NCBI GenBank assembly: GCA_050013835.1 | Contig: JBEKEM010000004.1 | Coordinates: 101,569-165,568, forward strand | Source: Acidimicrobiales bacterium | GTDB lineage: Bacteria; Actinomycetota; Acidimicrobiia; Acidimicrobiales; Bog-793 | Direction: 5' to 3' | DNA: 64,000 bases | In this document: piece by piece, positions 53,311 through 64,000 of the stretch | How the letters are laid out: every line of letters begins with the position of its first letter | Position numbering within the stretch: the first letter of the stretch is position 1 | Made by a program: the position numbers and the translations under genes | The notes under the pieces: model-generated | The model's database searches: none | Seen by the model: only the letters and a program-made list of their open reading frames with translations | What the model was told of the DNA's origin: nothing

Positions 53311-54054
53311 TCAGCCGAGGTTCGCCCCGTTGTGCCGGACCTCGTCGACGACGTTGTAGTACGCGTCGATCGACTCCCCGGCGTCACCCCAGAAGCCGTC
53401 GCAGACGTCGTAGGACATCTCGCCCGCCGCGACGTAGTGGTTGTTCACGTCCGTGATCTCGAGTTCGCCCCGCGACGACGGCACGAGGGTCGGGATGACG
53501 GCGAAGACCGAGGGCTCGTAGCAGTAGACGCCGGTGACGCAGAACTGGCTCGGCGGGACCTCCGGCTTCTCGACGATCCGCACGACGCGCCCGGCATCGT
53601 CGAGCTCCGGCACGCCGAGGTGCCGGAGGTGATCCGGTTCGGCGACCCGGGCGAGCACGATGCGCGCTCCACGTCGCTGCTGGGCGTAGCGCTCGACCGT
53701 CGGCCGGATCGTCCGCCCGAAGACGTTGTCGGCCAGCATGACGAGCACGCGCTCGTCGCCGACGAAGCGCTCGGCGAGCCCGAGGGCCTCAGCGATCCCC
53801 CCCGGGCGGTCCTGGTAGGCGTAGGTGAGCCGCCGCACGCCGTGCGCCTCACCGTTCGAGAGCAGCCGGAGGAACTCGCCGGCGTGGGTGCCCCCGGTCA
53901 CAACCATGATCTCCTCGATGCCGGCCTTGACGAGCGCCTCCACGGCGTAGGAGATCATCGGCCGGTCGTAGACGGGGAGGAGGTGCTTGTTCGTGATCCG
54001 GGTCAGCGGATCGAGCCGGCTCCCAGTTCCGCCGGCGAGCAGGACGCCCTTCAT
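53311..54054 (-). CDS. Sugar-phosphate nucleotidyltransferase (short RmlA/glucose-1-phosphate thymidylyltransferase-like)
   Basis: MKGVLLAGGTGSRLDPLTRITNKHLLPVYDRPMI is the canonical N-terminal signature. The product is 247 aa. Confidence 0.8.
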   Translation of the reverse strand: MKGVLLAGGTGSRLDPLTRITNKHLLPVYDRPMISYAVEALVKAGIEEIMVVTGGTHAGEFLRLLSNGEAHGVRRLTYAYQDRPGGIAEALGLAERFVGDERVLVMLADNVFGRTIRPTVERYAQQRRGARIVLARVAEPDHLRHLGVPELDDAGRVVRIVEKPEVPPSQFCVTGVYCYEPSVFAVIPTLVPSSRGELEITDVNNHYVAAGEMSYDVCDGFWGDAGESIDAYYNVVDEVRHNGANLG

Positions 54055-54109
54055 CGTGCGCCGCCTGTGTTGGTCACCGCCCGAAGCGTAGTGGGACGGA
54101 CGGGAGGAC

Positions 54110-54925
54110 TCAGGGCCCGTAGGCGGAGAGCACGGCGTCGGCGAACTCGGGCCACGCCGTCGTCGCCCAGGGCCCGAACGGCCGGTCGGAGAGGACGACG
54201 CAGGCGATGCCGGCGACAGGGTCGACCCAGACGAACGGCCCGCTCTGCCCGAAGTGCCCGAAGGTGGAGGGCGAGTTCCGCCCTCCGGTCCAGTGCGGCG
54301 ACTTCCCGTCGCGCAGCTCGAACCCGAGGCCCCAGTCACAGGGGTCGTGACGCCCGAAACCCGGCAGCACCCCGGCGAGTCCGGGGAAGGCGACCCGGGT
54401 CGCCCGCTCCAGTGTCTCGGCGGTGACGAGCTTCGGGCGCAGCAACTCGCCGGCGAAGGCGACGCAGTCGGCGAGTGTTGCCGTCGCCCCCGCCGCCGCC
54501 GAGCCGCGGAGCTCCGCCTGGCCCATCCCGAGGGGCGCGAGGACCGCCTCGGCGAGGTAGTCGGCGAAGGAAATCCCGGTGGCCACCTCGAGATGGCTGG
54601 CGAGCACCTCGAAACCGGCGCTCGAGTAGATGCGCCGCGTCCCCGGTGCGACCAGCACACGCGCCGGGTCGTTCGGCGCGAGGCCCGAGGCGTGCGCCAG
54701 CAGGTGGGCGACCGTCGAGCCCGCCGGTCCCGCCGGGTCGTCGAGCGCCACCGTGTGCTCCTCACAACCGACGAGGACGGCATAGCTCGTGAGCAGCTTC
54801 GTCACCGACGAGAGGGCGAAGCGGTCCTCCAACTCGCCGAACCGGTCGACCGTTCCGCCGAGGTCGACGACTGCGGCGGCGACGTGGGCGGCGCCCCAGG
54901 TCGCGACCGTCTCGAGCGCCGACAT
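54110..54925 (-). CDS. Serine hydrolase, beta-lactamase/transpeptidase-like
   Basis: The SxxK motif (SSVTKLLTS) sits in a 271-aa class C/esterase-like sequence. Confidence 0.7.
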   Translation of the reverse strand: MSALETVATWGAAHVAAAVVDLGGTVDRFGELEDRFALSSVTKLLTSYAVLVGCEEHTVALDDPAGPAGSTVAHLLAHASGLAPNDPARVLVAPGTRRIYSSAGFEVLASHLEVATGISFADYLAEAVLAPLGMGQAELRGSAAAGATATLADCVAFAGELLRPKLVTAETLERATRVAFPGLAGVLPGFGRHDPCDWGLGFELRDGKSPHWTGGRNSPSTFGHFGQSGPFVWVDPVAGIACVVLSDRPFGPWATTAWPEFADAVLSAYGP

Positions 54926-54961
54926 CTTGTCGAAGCTAACTGAAGTGGCCCCGGGAATGGT

Positions 54962-55849
54962 TCAAACGTCGAGGAATCGCCGGATGGCGACGAACGACCC
55001 CACGATGCCGATGAAGGCCCCGAACAGCACGACGATGAGGTCGGTGTAGACGAGGTTGCTGGGCGACAGCACGGCGTTGGCGAACAGCTGCACGCCGTAG
55101 TGACTGTGCAGGTAGCCGAGCCCGAAGTTGGCGAGCAGGACGACGAGGACGGCGACGGCGGCGCCGAGCAGGCCCTGGACGAGGCCTTCGAGCATGAACG
55201 GCACCCGGATGAACCAGTTGGTGGCGCCGACGAGCTTCATCACCCCCACCTCGCGCCGCCGGGCGTAGATCGCCATGCGGATGGCGTTGAGGATCAGGAC
55301 GAGCGAGGAGACGAGGAGCACGAGCGCGATCACGACGAGAATGACCTGCGCCGCTCCCTCGAGTTTCTGCATCACACGGATCGCCTTCTCGGCGTAGACG
55401 GCTCGGTAGACGCCGGGCACGCCGGTGAAGGTGCTCCCGACGGCCTTGGCGTCGCCCGGGTTCTGCAGCGCGCAGCGGTAGACCGTCGGCGTGATCGCCG
55501 GCGTGAGCGCCGCGATCGCCGTCGGCGCGGCGGCGAGGAGCACCTTCGCCTGGGCATAGGACTGCTGGTGGTTGAGGTAGGTGAACCGCGTGACCTGCGG
55601 GTTCCGCTCGATGAGCAGCTTCACCGACGCCAGCTGGCTGGGGGTGGCGTTGGCGTCCATGAAGACCTCGAGGCTGACGTTGTTCGACCACTGGACGAAC
55701 TGGCTCTTCACGGCCTGGCGCAGCAGCAGCGCCGTTCCCACGAGCGACAGCGAGACGGCGACGGTGAGGACAGCGGCGATCGCCATGACGCGGTTGCGCC
55801 ACAGGTTCGTCGCCGTCTCCTTGACGACGTAGTCGAGGGATACCGCCAT
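54962..55849 (-). CDS. ftsX: Cell division ABC transporter permease FtsX
   Basis: The N-terminus YVVKETATNLWRNRVMAIAAVLTV, four TM segments and the position downstream of ftsE all fit FtsX. Confidence 0.9.
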   Translation of the reverse strand: MAVSLDYVVKETATNLWRNRVMAIAAVLTVAVSLSLVGTALLLRQAVKSQFVQWSNNVSLEVFMDANATPSQLASVKLLIERNPQVTRFTYLNHQQSYAQAKVLLAAAPTAIAALTPAITPTVYRCALQNPGDAKAVGSTFTGVPGVYRAVYAEKAIRVMQKLEGAAQVILVVIALVLLVSSLVLILNAIRMAIYARRREVGVMKLVGATNWFIRVPFMLEGLVQGLLGAAVAVLVVLLANFGLGYLHSHYGVQLFANAVLSPSNLVYTDLIVVLFGAFIGIVGSFVAIRRFLDV

Positions 55850-55856
55850 CTCGTCC

Positions 55857-56675
55857 CTACCGGTTGCCGCGACGGGCGCGCACCGCCGCCGACCGCGAGG
55901 TGACCGACCCGACGTCGCCGGGATGGTCGGGGTTGCCCTCGTCGATGAGCGACACGGCGGGCACGCCGTGCAAAGAGGTGTTGGTCAGCTCGCCCGCGAA
56001 GCCGTAGACGCCGCGGGCCTGGTCACGCACGATACGGCCGTGGTCGAGCTCAACCACGCGTCGGCGCATCGAGTTGACGATCGAGACGTCGTGCGTCGCC
56101 ATGACGACCGTCGTTCCGGTCCGGTTGATCCGGTCGAGCAGCCTCATGATCCCCTGGCTCGTCGCCGGGTCGAGGTTCCCCGTCGGCTCGTCCGCCATGA
56201 GGACGAGCGGGCGGTTGACGAAGGCCCGGGCGATGGCGACCCGCTGCTGCTCACCGCCGGAGAGCTCGTCGGGCATGCGGTCCGCCTTCTCACCGAGCCC
56301 GACGAGGTCGAGCACGATGCCCACCTGGGAGCGGACGACCGACCGGTTGCGCCCGATCACCTCGAGGGCGAAGGCGACGTTCTCAAAGACCGTCTTGTTC
56401 GGCAGCAGGCGGAAGTCCTGGAACACGCACCCGAGGTTGCGCCGCAGGTACGGGACCTGGAACGGCGACAACTCGCCGATCTCGCGCCCCGCGACCCAGA
56501 TCTTGCCGACATCCGGCGTCTCCTCGCGCAGCAGCAACCTGAGGAAGGTCGTCTTGCCCGACCCCGAGGACCCGACGAGGAAGACGAACTCGCCCTTGTC
56601 GATGTCCAGGGTGATATCGCGAAGGGCGACGACCTCCCCCTTGTAGGTCTTCGTGACGTCTTCGAAGCGGATCAT
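55857..56675 (-). CDS. ftsE: Cell division ATP-binding protein FtsE (with ~45-aa C-terminal tail)
   Basis: [13 protein letters not shown], Walker [24 protein letters not shown] and [11 protein letters not shown] are present. A GAGGAAGAGG SD lies upstream. Confidence 0.9.
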   Translation of the reverse strand: MIRFEDVTKTYKGEVVALRDITLDIDKGEFVFLVGSSGSGKTTFLRLLLREETPDVGKIWVAGREIGELSPFQVPYLRRNLGCVFQDFRLLPNKTVFENVAFALEVIGRNRSVVRSQVGIVLDLVGLGEKADRMPDELSGGEQQRVAIARAFVNRPLVLMADEPTGNLDPATSQGIMRLLDRINRTGTTVVMATHDVSIVNSMRRRVVELDHGRIVRDQARGVYGFAGELTNTSLHGVPAVSLIDEGNPDHPGDVGSVTSRSAAVRARRGNR

Positions 56676-56889
56676 CAGCCTCTTCCTCGTGGTCGCAGCC
56701 GATGCCGGGCCGGGCGACTCCTATCGGCGGGACTCCGGTGCTGTGCGCCCGCCGGCCACCGAACACGCGCCCCATCCACCTGTCGGGCGCGCCGGGAACA
56801 TCTCCGGTTCCACTGAGAGCCGCGCCTCGGGCTCGCGTCACCCTACCAGCCGACCCGTTTCGGAGCTGTGACACGAGACGACGAAGCCG

Positions 56890-58053
56890 TTACGCGGCAC
56901 CTCCGCGACGCCACCGCAGGAAGGCAACCATGAAACCATCGAGGTCCCCGTCGAGCACAGCCTCCACGTTCCCCGTCTCGTGCTCGGTCCGAAGGTCCTT
57001 CACGAGCTGGTAGGGCGCCAGCACGTAGGAGCGGATCTGGCTCCCCCATTCGATCTCGGTCTGCGGCCCGGTGAGCTCGGCGAGCTCGCGCTGGCGTTCG
57101 GCGCGCTGGTGGGCGGCGAGCTTGGCGGCGAGGATCTGCATCGCCTTCGCCTTGTTCTGGTACTGGCTCCGCTCGTTCTGCACGGCGACGACGATGCCCG
57201 TCGGTAGGTGGGTGAGGCGGACCGCCGAGTCGGTCACGTTGACGTGCTGGCCGCCGGCCCCCGAGGAGCGGTAGGTGTCGACGCGCAGCTCCTTCTCGTC
57301 GATCTCCACCTCGCCCGAGACGTCGTCGAGGAACGGTGTCAGCTCGAGCGAGGCGAAGCTCGTGTGCCGGCGGTGCTGGGAGTCGAACGGCGACATCCTG
57401 ACCAGGCGGTGCACGCCTCGTTCCGCGCAGAGCAGCCCGTAGGCGTGGCGGCCGCGGACGATGAACGTCGCCGAGAGGATCCCCGCCTCCTGGCCGGCGG
57501 TCACCTCCTCCAGCTCGACGGCGAAACCCCGGCGCTCGGCCCAGCGCAGGTACATCCGCAGCAGCATCTCCGCCCAGTCCTGGGCCTCGGTGCCGCCGGC
57601 GCCGGCGTGCACCTCGCAGACGGCGTCACGCTCGTCGTGCTCGCCGGAGAACAGGCTCCGCAGCTCGAGGTCGTCGAGGGCCCGCCGCAGCTCGGCGACC
57701 GAGCCGGCGAGGTCGCCCTCGACCGAGGCCAGCGCCTCGGGGCCCTCGGCGACGGCGATCTCGAGCAGAGCGGCGGCGTCCTCGAGCCGGCCGGCGAGGC
57801 CCTGGTAGAGCTCCACGTCGGACCGGATCCGGCCGTAGGCGGTCGTCACGGCCCGGGCGTGGTCGGCATCCGACCAGAGGTCCGGCGCCTCAACCTCGGA
57901 CTCCAACCGCCCCATCTCGGCCGAGAGCTCGTCGATGCGCAGGTAGGCCCGCGCCGCCTCGAGACGGACCCGCAGGGAGGCGAGGTCCTCGGCGAAATGG
58001 GCGTGCTCGGTCCCCGCTTTCGCGCGGGGCCCGCCGTCGGTCGCGGGCGCCAT
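56890..58053 (-). CDS. prfB: Peptide chain release factor 2 (single uninterrupted ORF)
   Basis: The GGQ motif (SGAGGQHVN) and SPF-region homology are present. The ATG lies 6 nt after the secA stop. Confidence 0.9.
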   Translation of the reverse strand: MAPATDGGPRAKAGTEHAHFAEDLASLRVRLEAARAYLRIDELSAEMGRLESEVEAPDLWSDADHARAVTTAYGRIRSDVELYQGLAGRLEDAAALLEIAVAEGPEALASVEGDLAGSVAELRRALDDLELRSLFSGEHDERDAVCEVHAGAGGTEAQDWAEMLLRMYLRWAERRGFAVELEEVTAGQEAGILSATFIVRGRHAYGLLCAERGVHRLVRMSPFDSQHRRHTSFASLELTPFLDDVSGEVEIDEKELRVDTYRSSGAGGQHVNVTDSAVRLTHLPTGIVVAVQNERSQYQNKAKAMQILAAKLAAHQRAERQRELAELTGPQTEIEWGSQIRSYVLAPYQLVKDLRTEHETGNVEAVLDGDLDGFMVAFLRWRRGGAA

Positions 58054-58059
58054 CGGGCC

Positions 58060-60792
<2,733 letters not shown>

Positions 60793-61555
60793 GAGAACGC
60801 AGTCTAGGTCCGAGACTGCTTGGAGCCCGTGGCGAGCACCTCCCTGATCGCCGGACGAGACGTGCGAACCGGTACTGCGAAGTGCCTTGCAACCAGGGCG
60901 AAGCGGCGGCCGTAGCTGTACCGCGACACATGGCGAACGACGCGGCCCCGCTCCCGTTCCCGACCCTGGTCCAGCAGTCGAGGCGACGATTTCCGGAGGC
61001 AGTCGTGCCGTGTTTGACGACCGGATTCACCTCCTCATCGCCAATCGCCACCACTCGAACGATCCCGATCGTCCGGAGATCGCCGGTCCGGGAGCGCGCG
61101 AAGCGGACACTGATGAGGGCGTGAATTGCGCGGCAGCACCAGGTGGTCTGGTCACGGCGACGCGAATTTCGTGGATCGCACGCGCGCTGCGTGCTCCTCA
61201 CCGGCGGATCCGGCCAGCGCTCACCGTGGAGACCGGACCCGTGAGCTCGTTCGGGGCAAACTTTCGACTGCTCAACTGCACCGATGCCTGGAAGCCGACT
61301 GGAAGCTCAACGTCGGCGTCCAGTCCTCCGGGCGACGACAGCATTCCGTCGCGTCGGCCACACCGGAGGTGCCGTTGGCCAATACGTCCCCGCAGGCCAG
61401 AGGTCTCGCGTTCGGGCTCATGGAAGTCTCACCCTGCCCGCAGTCCTGCCTTCATCCTCCACCTCTTCCTGCCCTGTCATTGGCGAACCGCGCCTCACGG
61501 GCCCAAGTGGCGGCGACAACCTGTGATGGGCCCGAGCGGCTTCGACCTGAGCCGC

Positions 61556-63001
61556 CTACACGGAACGAGTCGCGGCACTTCGGGACACCAAGTCGCCCGC
61601 GAGGTGATGCGGACCCGCCGAGGTGATGAGGACGGATCCATACGTGCCCGGCTGCATCGGGACCTGTCCAGCGTCAAAGTGGACGAGCTTCCCTTGACGC
61701 GTCCTTCCCGAGAGGATCCCGGGATCTTTTCGCGAAGTTCCTTCGATGACGACTTCTTCGAGCCGTCCGACACGCGCGAGGTTGCGCTGCAGCGCGGACC
61801 GGTCGACGACCGCCTTCAGTCTGGCGAACCGCTCGACGATGACATCTTCAGCCACGAAGGCATGAACCATCTCGGCGGCGCGTGTGCCCATCCGGGGCGA
61901 AAAGACAAATGTGAAGGCGCTGTCGTAGCCCGCTTCGGCGACGACCTCGAGGGTCCGGTCGAAATCGTCATCGCTCTCACCCGGGAAACCGACGATCACG
62001 TCGGTCGTCACCGCGAGATCGGGGATCGCCGCGCGCGCGCCCGCGAGTCGCTCCAGGTAGCGCTGGGCGGTGTAGCCCCTGCGCATCGCGGCGAGCACGC
62101 GGTCGCTTCCCGACTGGAGGGGCAAGTGGAGTTGCTCACAGACCGCCGGGGTCTCCGCGATGGCGGCGATGGTCTCGGGTCGGAGGTCCTTGGGATGCGG
62201 GCTCGTGAAGCGGACGCGCCGGATCCCGTCGATCTCGCCAACCGCCCGCAACAGGTCGGCGAAGAGTGGCTCCAGCCGCCGGCCGCCGCCGGCGGCCCAC
62301 CGGTCGCCGGTGAGTCGCGCCTCGATTTGACGCTCTTCGGGAGCGCGCCGCAGCTGGAAGGTGAGGTCCCGCCCGTACGAGTTCACGTTCTGGCCGAGGA
62401 GCGTCACCTCGGTCGTGCCATGGGCGGCGAGGACCCGTACCTCGTCGACGAGTTCTCCGAAGGGACGGCTGCGCTCGGGCCCGCGTACCGAGGGGACGAC
62501 GCAGAAGGCGCAGGAGTTGTCGCAGCCCACCTGGATCGTCACCCAGGCCGCGTACGGCAGTTCCGGACGGACGAGCTGGGCTGACGGGAACGCCTCGGCC
62601 TCGTCGGCCGGCGCCTCGAGGATCTCGATCACCGGGTGGTCGACACGCCGGGCCTCGTCGAGGAGCTGGCCAACCCGCCCGGCATTGTGCGTGCCGAAAA
62701 CCGCCGCGACGTGCGGAGCGCGGGCGAGGATCGCCTCCCGCTCCTTTTGCGCGAGACAGCCGCCGACGGCGATCTGGATCCCGGGCTTGCGTTCGGCGAG
62801 TGTCTTCAGCTGGCCGAGGTGACCGTAGAACTTGGTGTCGGCGTTCTCGCGGATGCAGCAGGTGTTGAGGATGACGACATCCGCCTCTTCGAGGTCGGCG
62901 GTCCGCTCGAGACCCTCGATGGCGAGCTCGGCGGCGATCCGTTCCGAGTCGTGCTCGTTCATCTGGCAACCGAACGTGCGCACGAAGAACTTGCGGGCCA
63001 C
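61556..63001 (-). CDS. miaB: tRNA-2-methylthio-N6-dimethylallyladenosine synthase
   Basis: FFVRTFGCQMNEHDSE is the UPF0004 domain. The radical SAM CxxxCxxC motif is GCDNSCAFCVVP. A C-terminal TRAM-like domain is present. Confidence 0.9.
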   Translation of the reverse strand: MARKFFVRTFGCQMNEHDSERIAAELAIEGLERTADLEEADVVILNTCCIRENADTKFYGHLGQLKTLAERKPGIQIAVGGCLAQKEREAILARAPHVAAVFGTHNAGRVGQLLDEARRVDHPVIEILEAPADEAEAFPSAQLVRPELPYAAWVTIQVGCDNSCAFCVVPSVRGPERSRPFGELVDEVRVLAAHGTTEVTLLGQNVNSYGRDLTFQLRRAPEERQIEARLTGDRWAAGGGRRLEPLFADLLRAVGEIDGIRRVRFTSPHPKDLRPETIAAIAETPAVCEQLHLPLQSGSDRVLAAMRRGYTAQRYLERLAGARAAIPDLAVTTDVIVGFPGESDDDFDRTLEVVAEAGYDSAFTFVFSPRMGTRAAEMVHAFVAEDVIVERFARLKAVVDRSALQRNLARVGRLEEVVIEGTSRKDPGILSGRTRQGKLVHFDAGQVPMQPGTYGSVLITSAGPHHLAGDLVSRSAATRSV

Positions 63002-63042
63002 CCCCAGAGGCTACGCGCGCCGCGAGCCGATACCGTCTTCGC

Positions 63043-63936
63043 GTGCTCATCGGCGCGCACGTCAAGTCGTCGGGTGGTCTCGACAAGGCACTCGGTCGCG
63101 GCCGGGAGCTCGGCGCCGAAGTCATCCAGATCTTCACACAGAGCCCCCGCATGTGGCGTGCTCCCACGCACTCCCCCGACGAGCTGGCCGCCTACCGGGC
63201 CGCGCAGGATGCAGAGACGCTGGTCCGAAAGACCTTCTGCCACGCGACCTACCTCATCAACCTCGCGTCGCCCGACGCCGACCTCGCCGAGCGCTCCCGC
63301 GATTGCCTCGTCGAGAACCTCGTCGCCGCTTCGGCGATTGCCGCCTCCGGGGTGATCGTCCACGTCGGGAGCCACCGGGGCGAGGGTTTCGAGCACGTAA
63401 TTGGGCCTGTCGCGGCTCGACTGCGCTCGGCGCTCGACGAGGCGGGTGACGTCCTCGGTTCCGTGACGTGTCCGCTCCTCCTCGAGAACGCCGCTGGCGC
63501 GGGCGGCACGGTCGGACGGACGTTTGACGAGCTCGCACGACTCATCGCAGCCGCGGGGGACGACCACCGGCTCGGCGTGTGCCTTGACACCCAGCACCTG
63601 TTCGCCTCGGGTGTCCCCTACCGCGACTTGGGGGAGGCCGACGCCGTCGTCTCCTCGATTCGCGCGTCGGTCGGGTTGGATCGGCTCGGCTGCATCCACC
63701 TCAACGATTCGAAGGTCACCCTCGGCGCCAACCGGGACCGACACGAAAACCTCGGCGCGGGCGAGATCGGGATGAAGGCCCTCGGCCTCCTCATCAGTCA
63801 TCCCGGCCTTTCCCGGGTTCCGTCGATCCTCGAAGTCCCCGGTTCGGGTGAGGGGCCGCGCGCACAAGACGTCGCCACCGCCCGATCGATCCTCGCCCGG
63901 GGCGTCGCGCGACGGAAACGGCCGGACAGGCCCTGA
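63043..63936 (+). CDS. nfo: Deoxyribonuclease IV (endonuclease IV)
   Basis: MLIGAHVKSSGGLDKALGRGRELGAEVIQIFTQSPRMW, the CLDTQH motif and the IHLNDS motif are present. Confidence 0.9.
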   Translation: MLIGAHVKSSGGLDKALGRGRELGAEVIQIFTQSPRMWRAPTHSPDELAAYRAAQDAETLVRKTFCHATYLINLASPDADLAERSRDCLVENLVAASAIAASGVIVHVGSHRGEGFEHVIGPVAARLRSALDEAGDVLGSVTCPLLLENAAGAGGTVGRTFDELARLIAAAGDDHRLGVCLDTQHLFASGVPYRDLGEADAVVSSIRASVGLDRLGCIHLNDSKVTLGANRDRHENLGAGEIGMKALGLLISHPGLSRVPSILEVPGSGEGPRAQDVATARSILARGVARRKRPDRP

Positions 63937-64000
63937 ACGCGATGATGTTGCGCCTCGGGCCCGCACGGTGCACGATCACCAGGTGACCGCGCCCCTCGGA

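Noticed and set aside
56890-58053. Expected +1 programmed frameshift site in prfB.
   Set aside because: The gene is one uninterrupted 387-codon ORF with no internal in-frame TGA near codon 25, so this RF2 does not use autoregulatory frameshifting.
61272-61421. 49-aa Cys-containing ORF next to a radical SAM gene; considered as a RiPP precursor/maturase pair.
   Set aside because: The radical SAM neighbour is a canonical MiaB (UPF0004 + radical SAM + TRAM). GC3 of the small ORF (about 80%) is no better than an overlapping alternative frame (about 77%). No protease or transporter partners are present.
60793-61555. Possibility that this region and 22270-23023 (similar length) are two copies of one mobile element.
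   Set aside because: The only shared string I found is a 10-mer (gctcgccacg, 24-35 nt upstream of the add and secA starts). There are no terminal inverted repeats or extended similarity.

Overview
This is a very GC-rich, almost fully coding chromosomal segment of Actinomycetota type. A spot count gives 45/60 G+C at 12001-12060. The lineage call is an inference from a mycothiol S-conjugate amidase (mca), a Kgd/OdhA-type fused 2-oxoglutarate enzyme, and the actinobacterial mini ribosomal proteins bS22 and bL37, both too short for the supplied ORF track.

Content in order:
- Dpp/Opp-type peptide ABC importer genes, with one permease fused to an ATPase.
- Glycerate kinase and a 2-hydroxyacid dehydrogenase.
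- A ~4-kb lower-GC pocket holding tRNA-Gln(UUG) flanked by two secreted proteins. One is a 7-blade repeat protein. The other is a G1/eqolisin-type glutamic peptidase with a Thr/Pro linker and an Ig-like domain.
- bS22, then ispE-rsmA-tatD-metG-rsmI-DUF192-ychF, then bL37 and a GlpQ-like esterase.
- A nucleoside salvage locus (PNP, phosphosugar mutase, add, cdd, BMP-family binding protein) that shows decay. Thymidine phosphorylase is reduced to an in-frame N+C-terminal stub, the ABC ATPase is cut after its first nucleotide-binding domain (NBD), the permeases are absent, and a 0.75-0.87 kb spacer is unassigned.
- An acidic hypothetical protein, a PfkB kinase and pepN.
- GDT1-family and NRAMP transporters bracketing a GT4 / methyltransferase / prenyltransferase-like cluster.
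- An S33 peptidase, a PRC-MgtE_N-CBS protein, an SCP2 protein and mca.
- A module of pspA, a small partner, htpX and a second partner.
- xthA, then fabZ coupled to an NYN-S1 RNase-like gene, then kgd.
- Two oxidoreductases, a sugar nucleotidyltransferase and a serine hydrolase.
- ftsX-ftsE-prfB-secA, a second ~0.76 kb unassigned region, miaB and nfo.

No CRISPR array, transposase, integrase or phage gene was seen. Many long ORFs in the track are GC-driven shadow frames. I re-set starts where homology, Shine-Dalgarno (SD) sequences or start/stop overlaps (ATGA, GTGA, TGATG) supported it.

I could not identify one clear-cut new multi-gene system. The best leads are the two unassigned regions (22.3-23.1 kb and 60.8-61.6 kb), the tRNA-linked secreted-protein pocket, the NYN-S1 gene and the GT4/MT/prenyltransferase-like operon.
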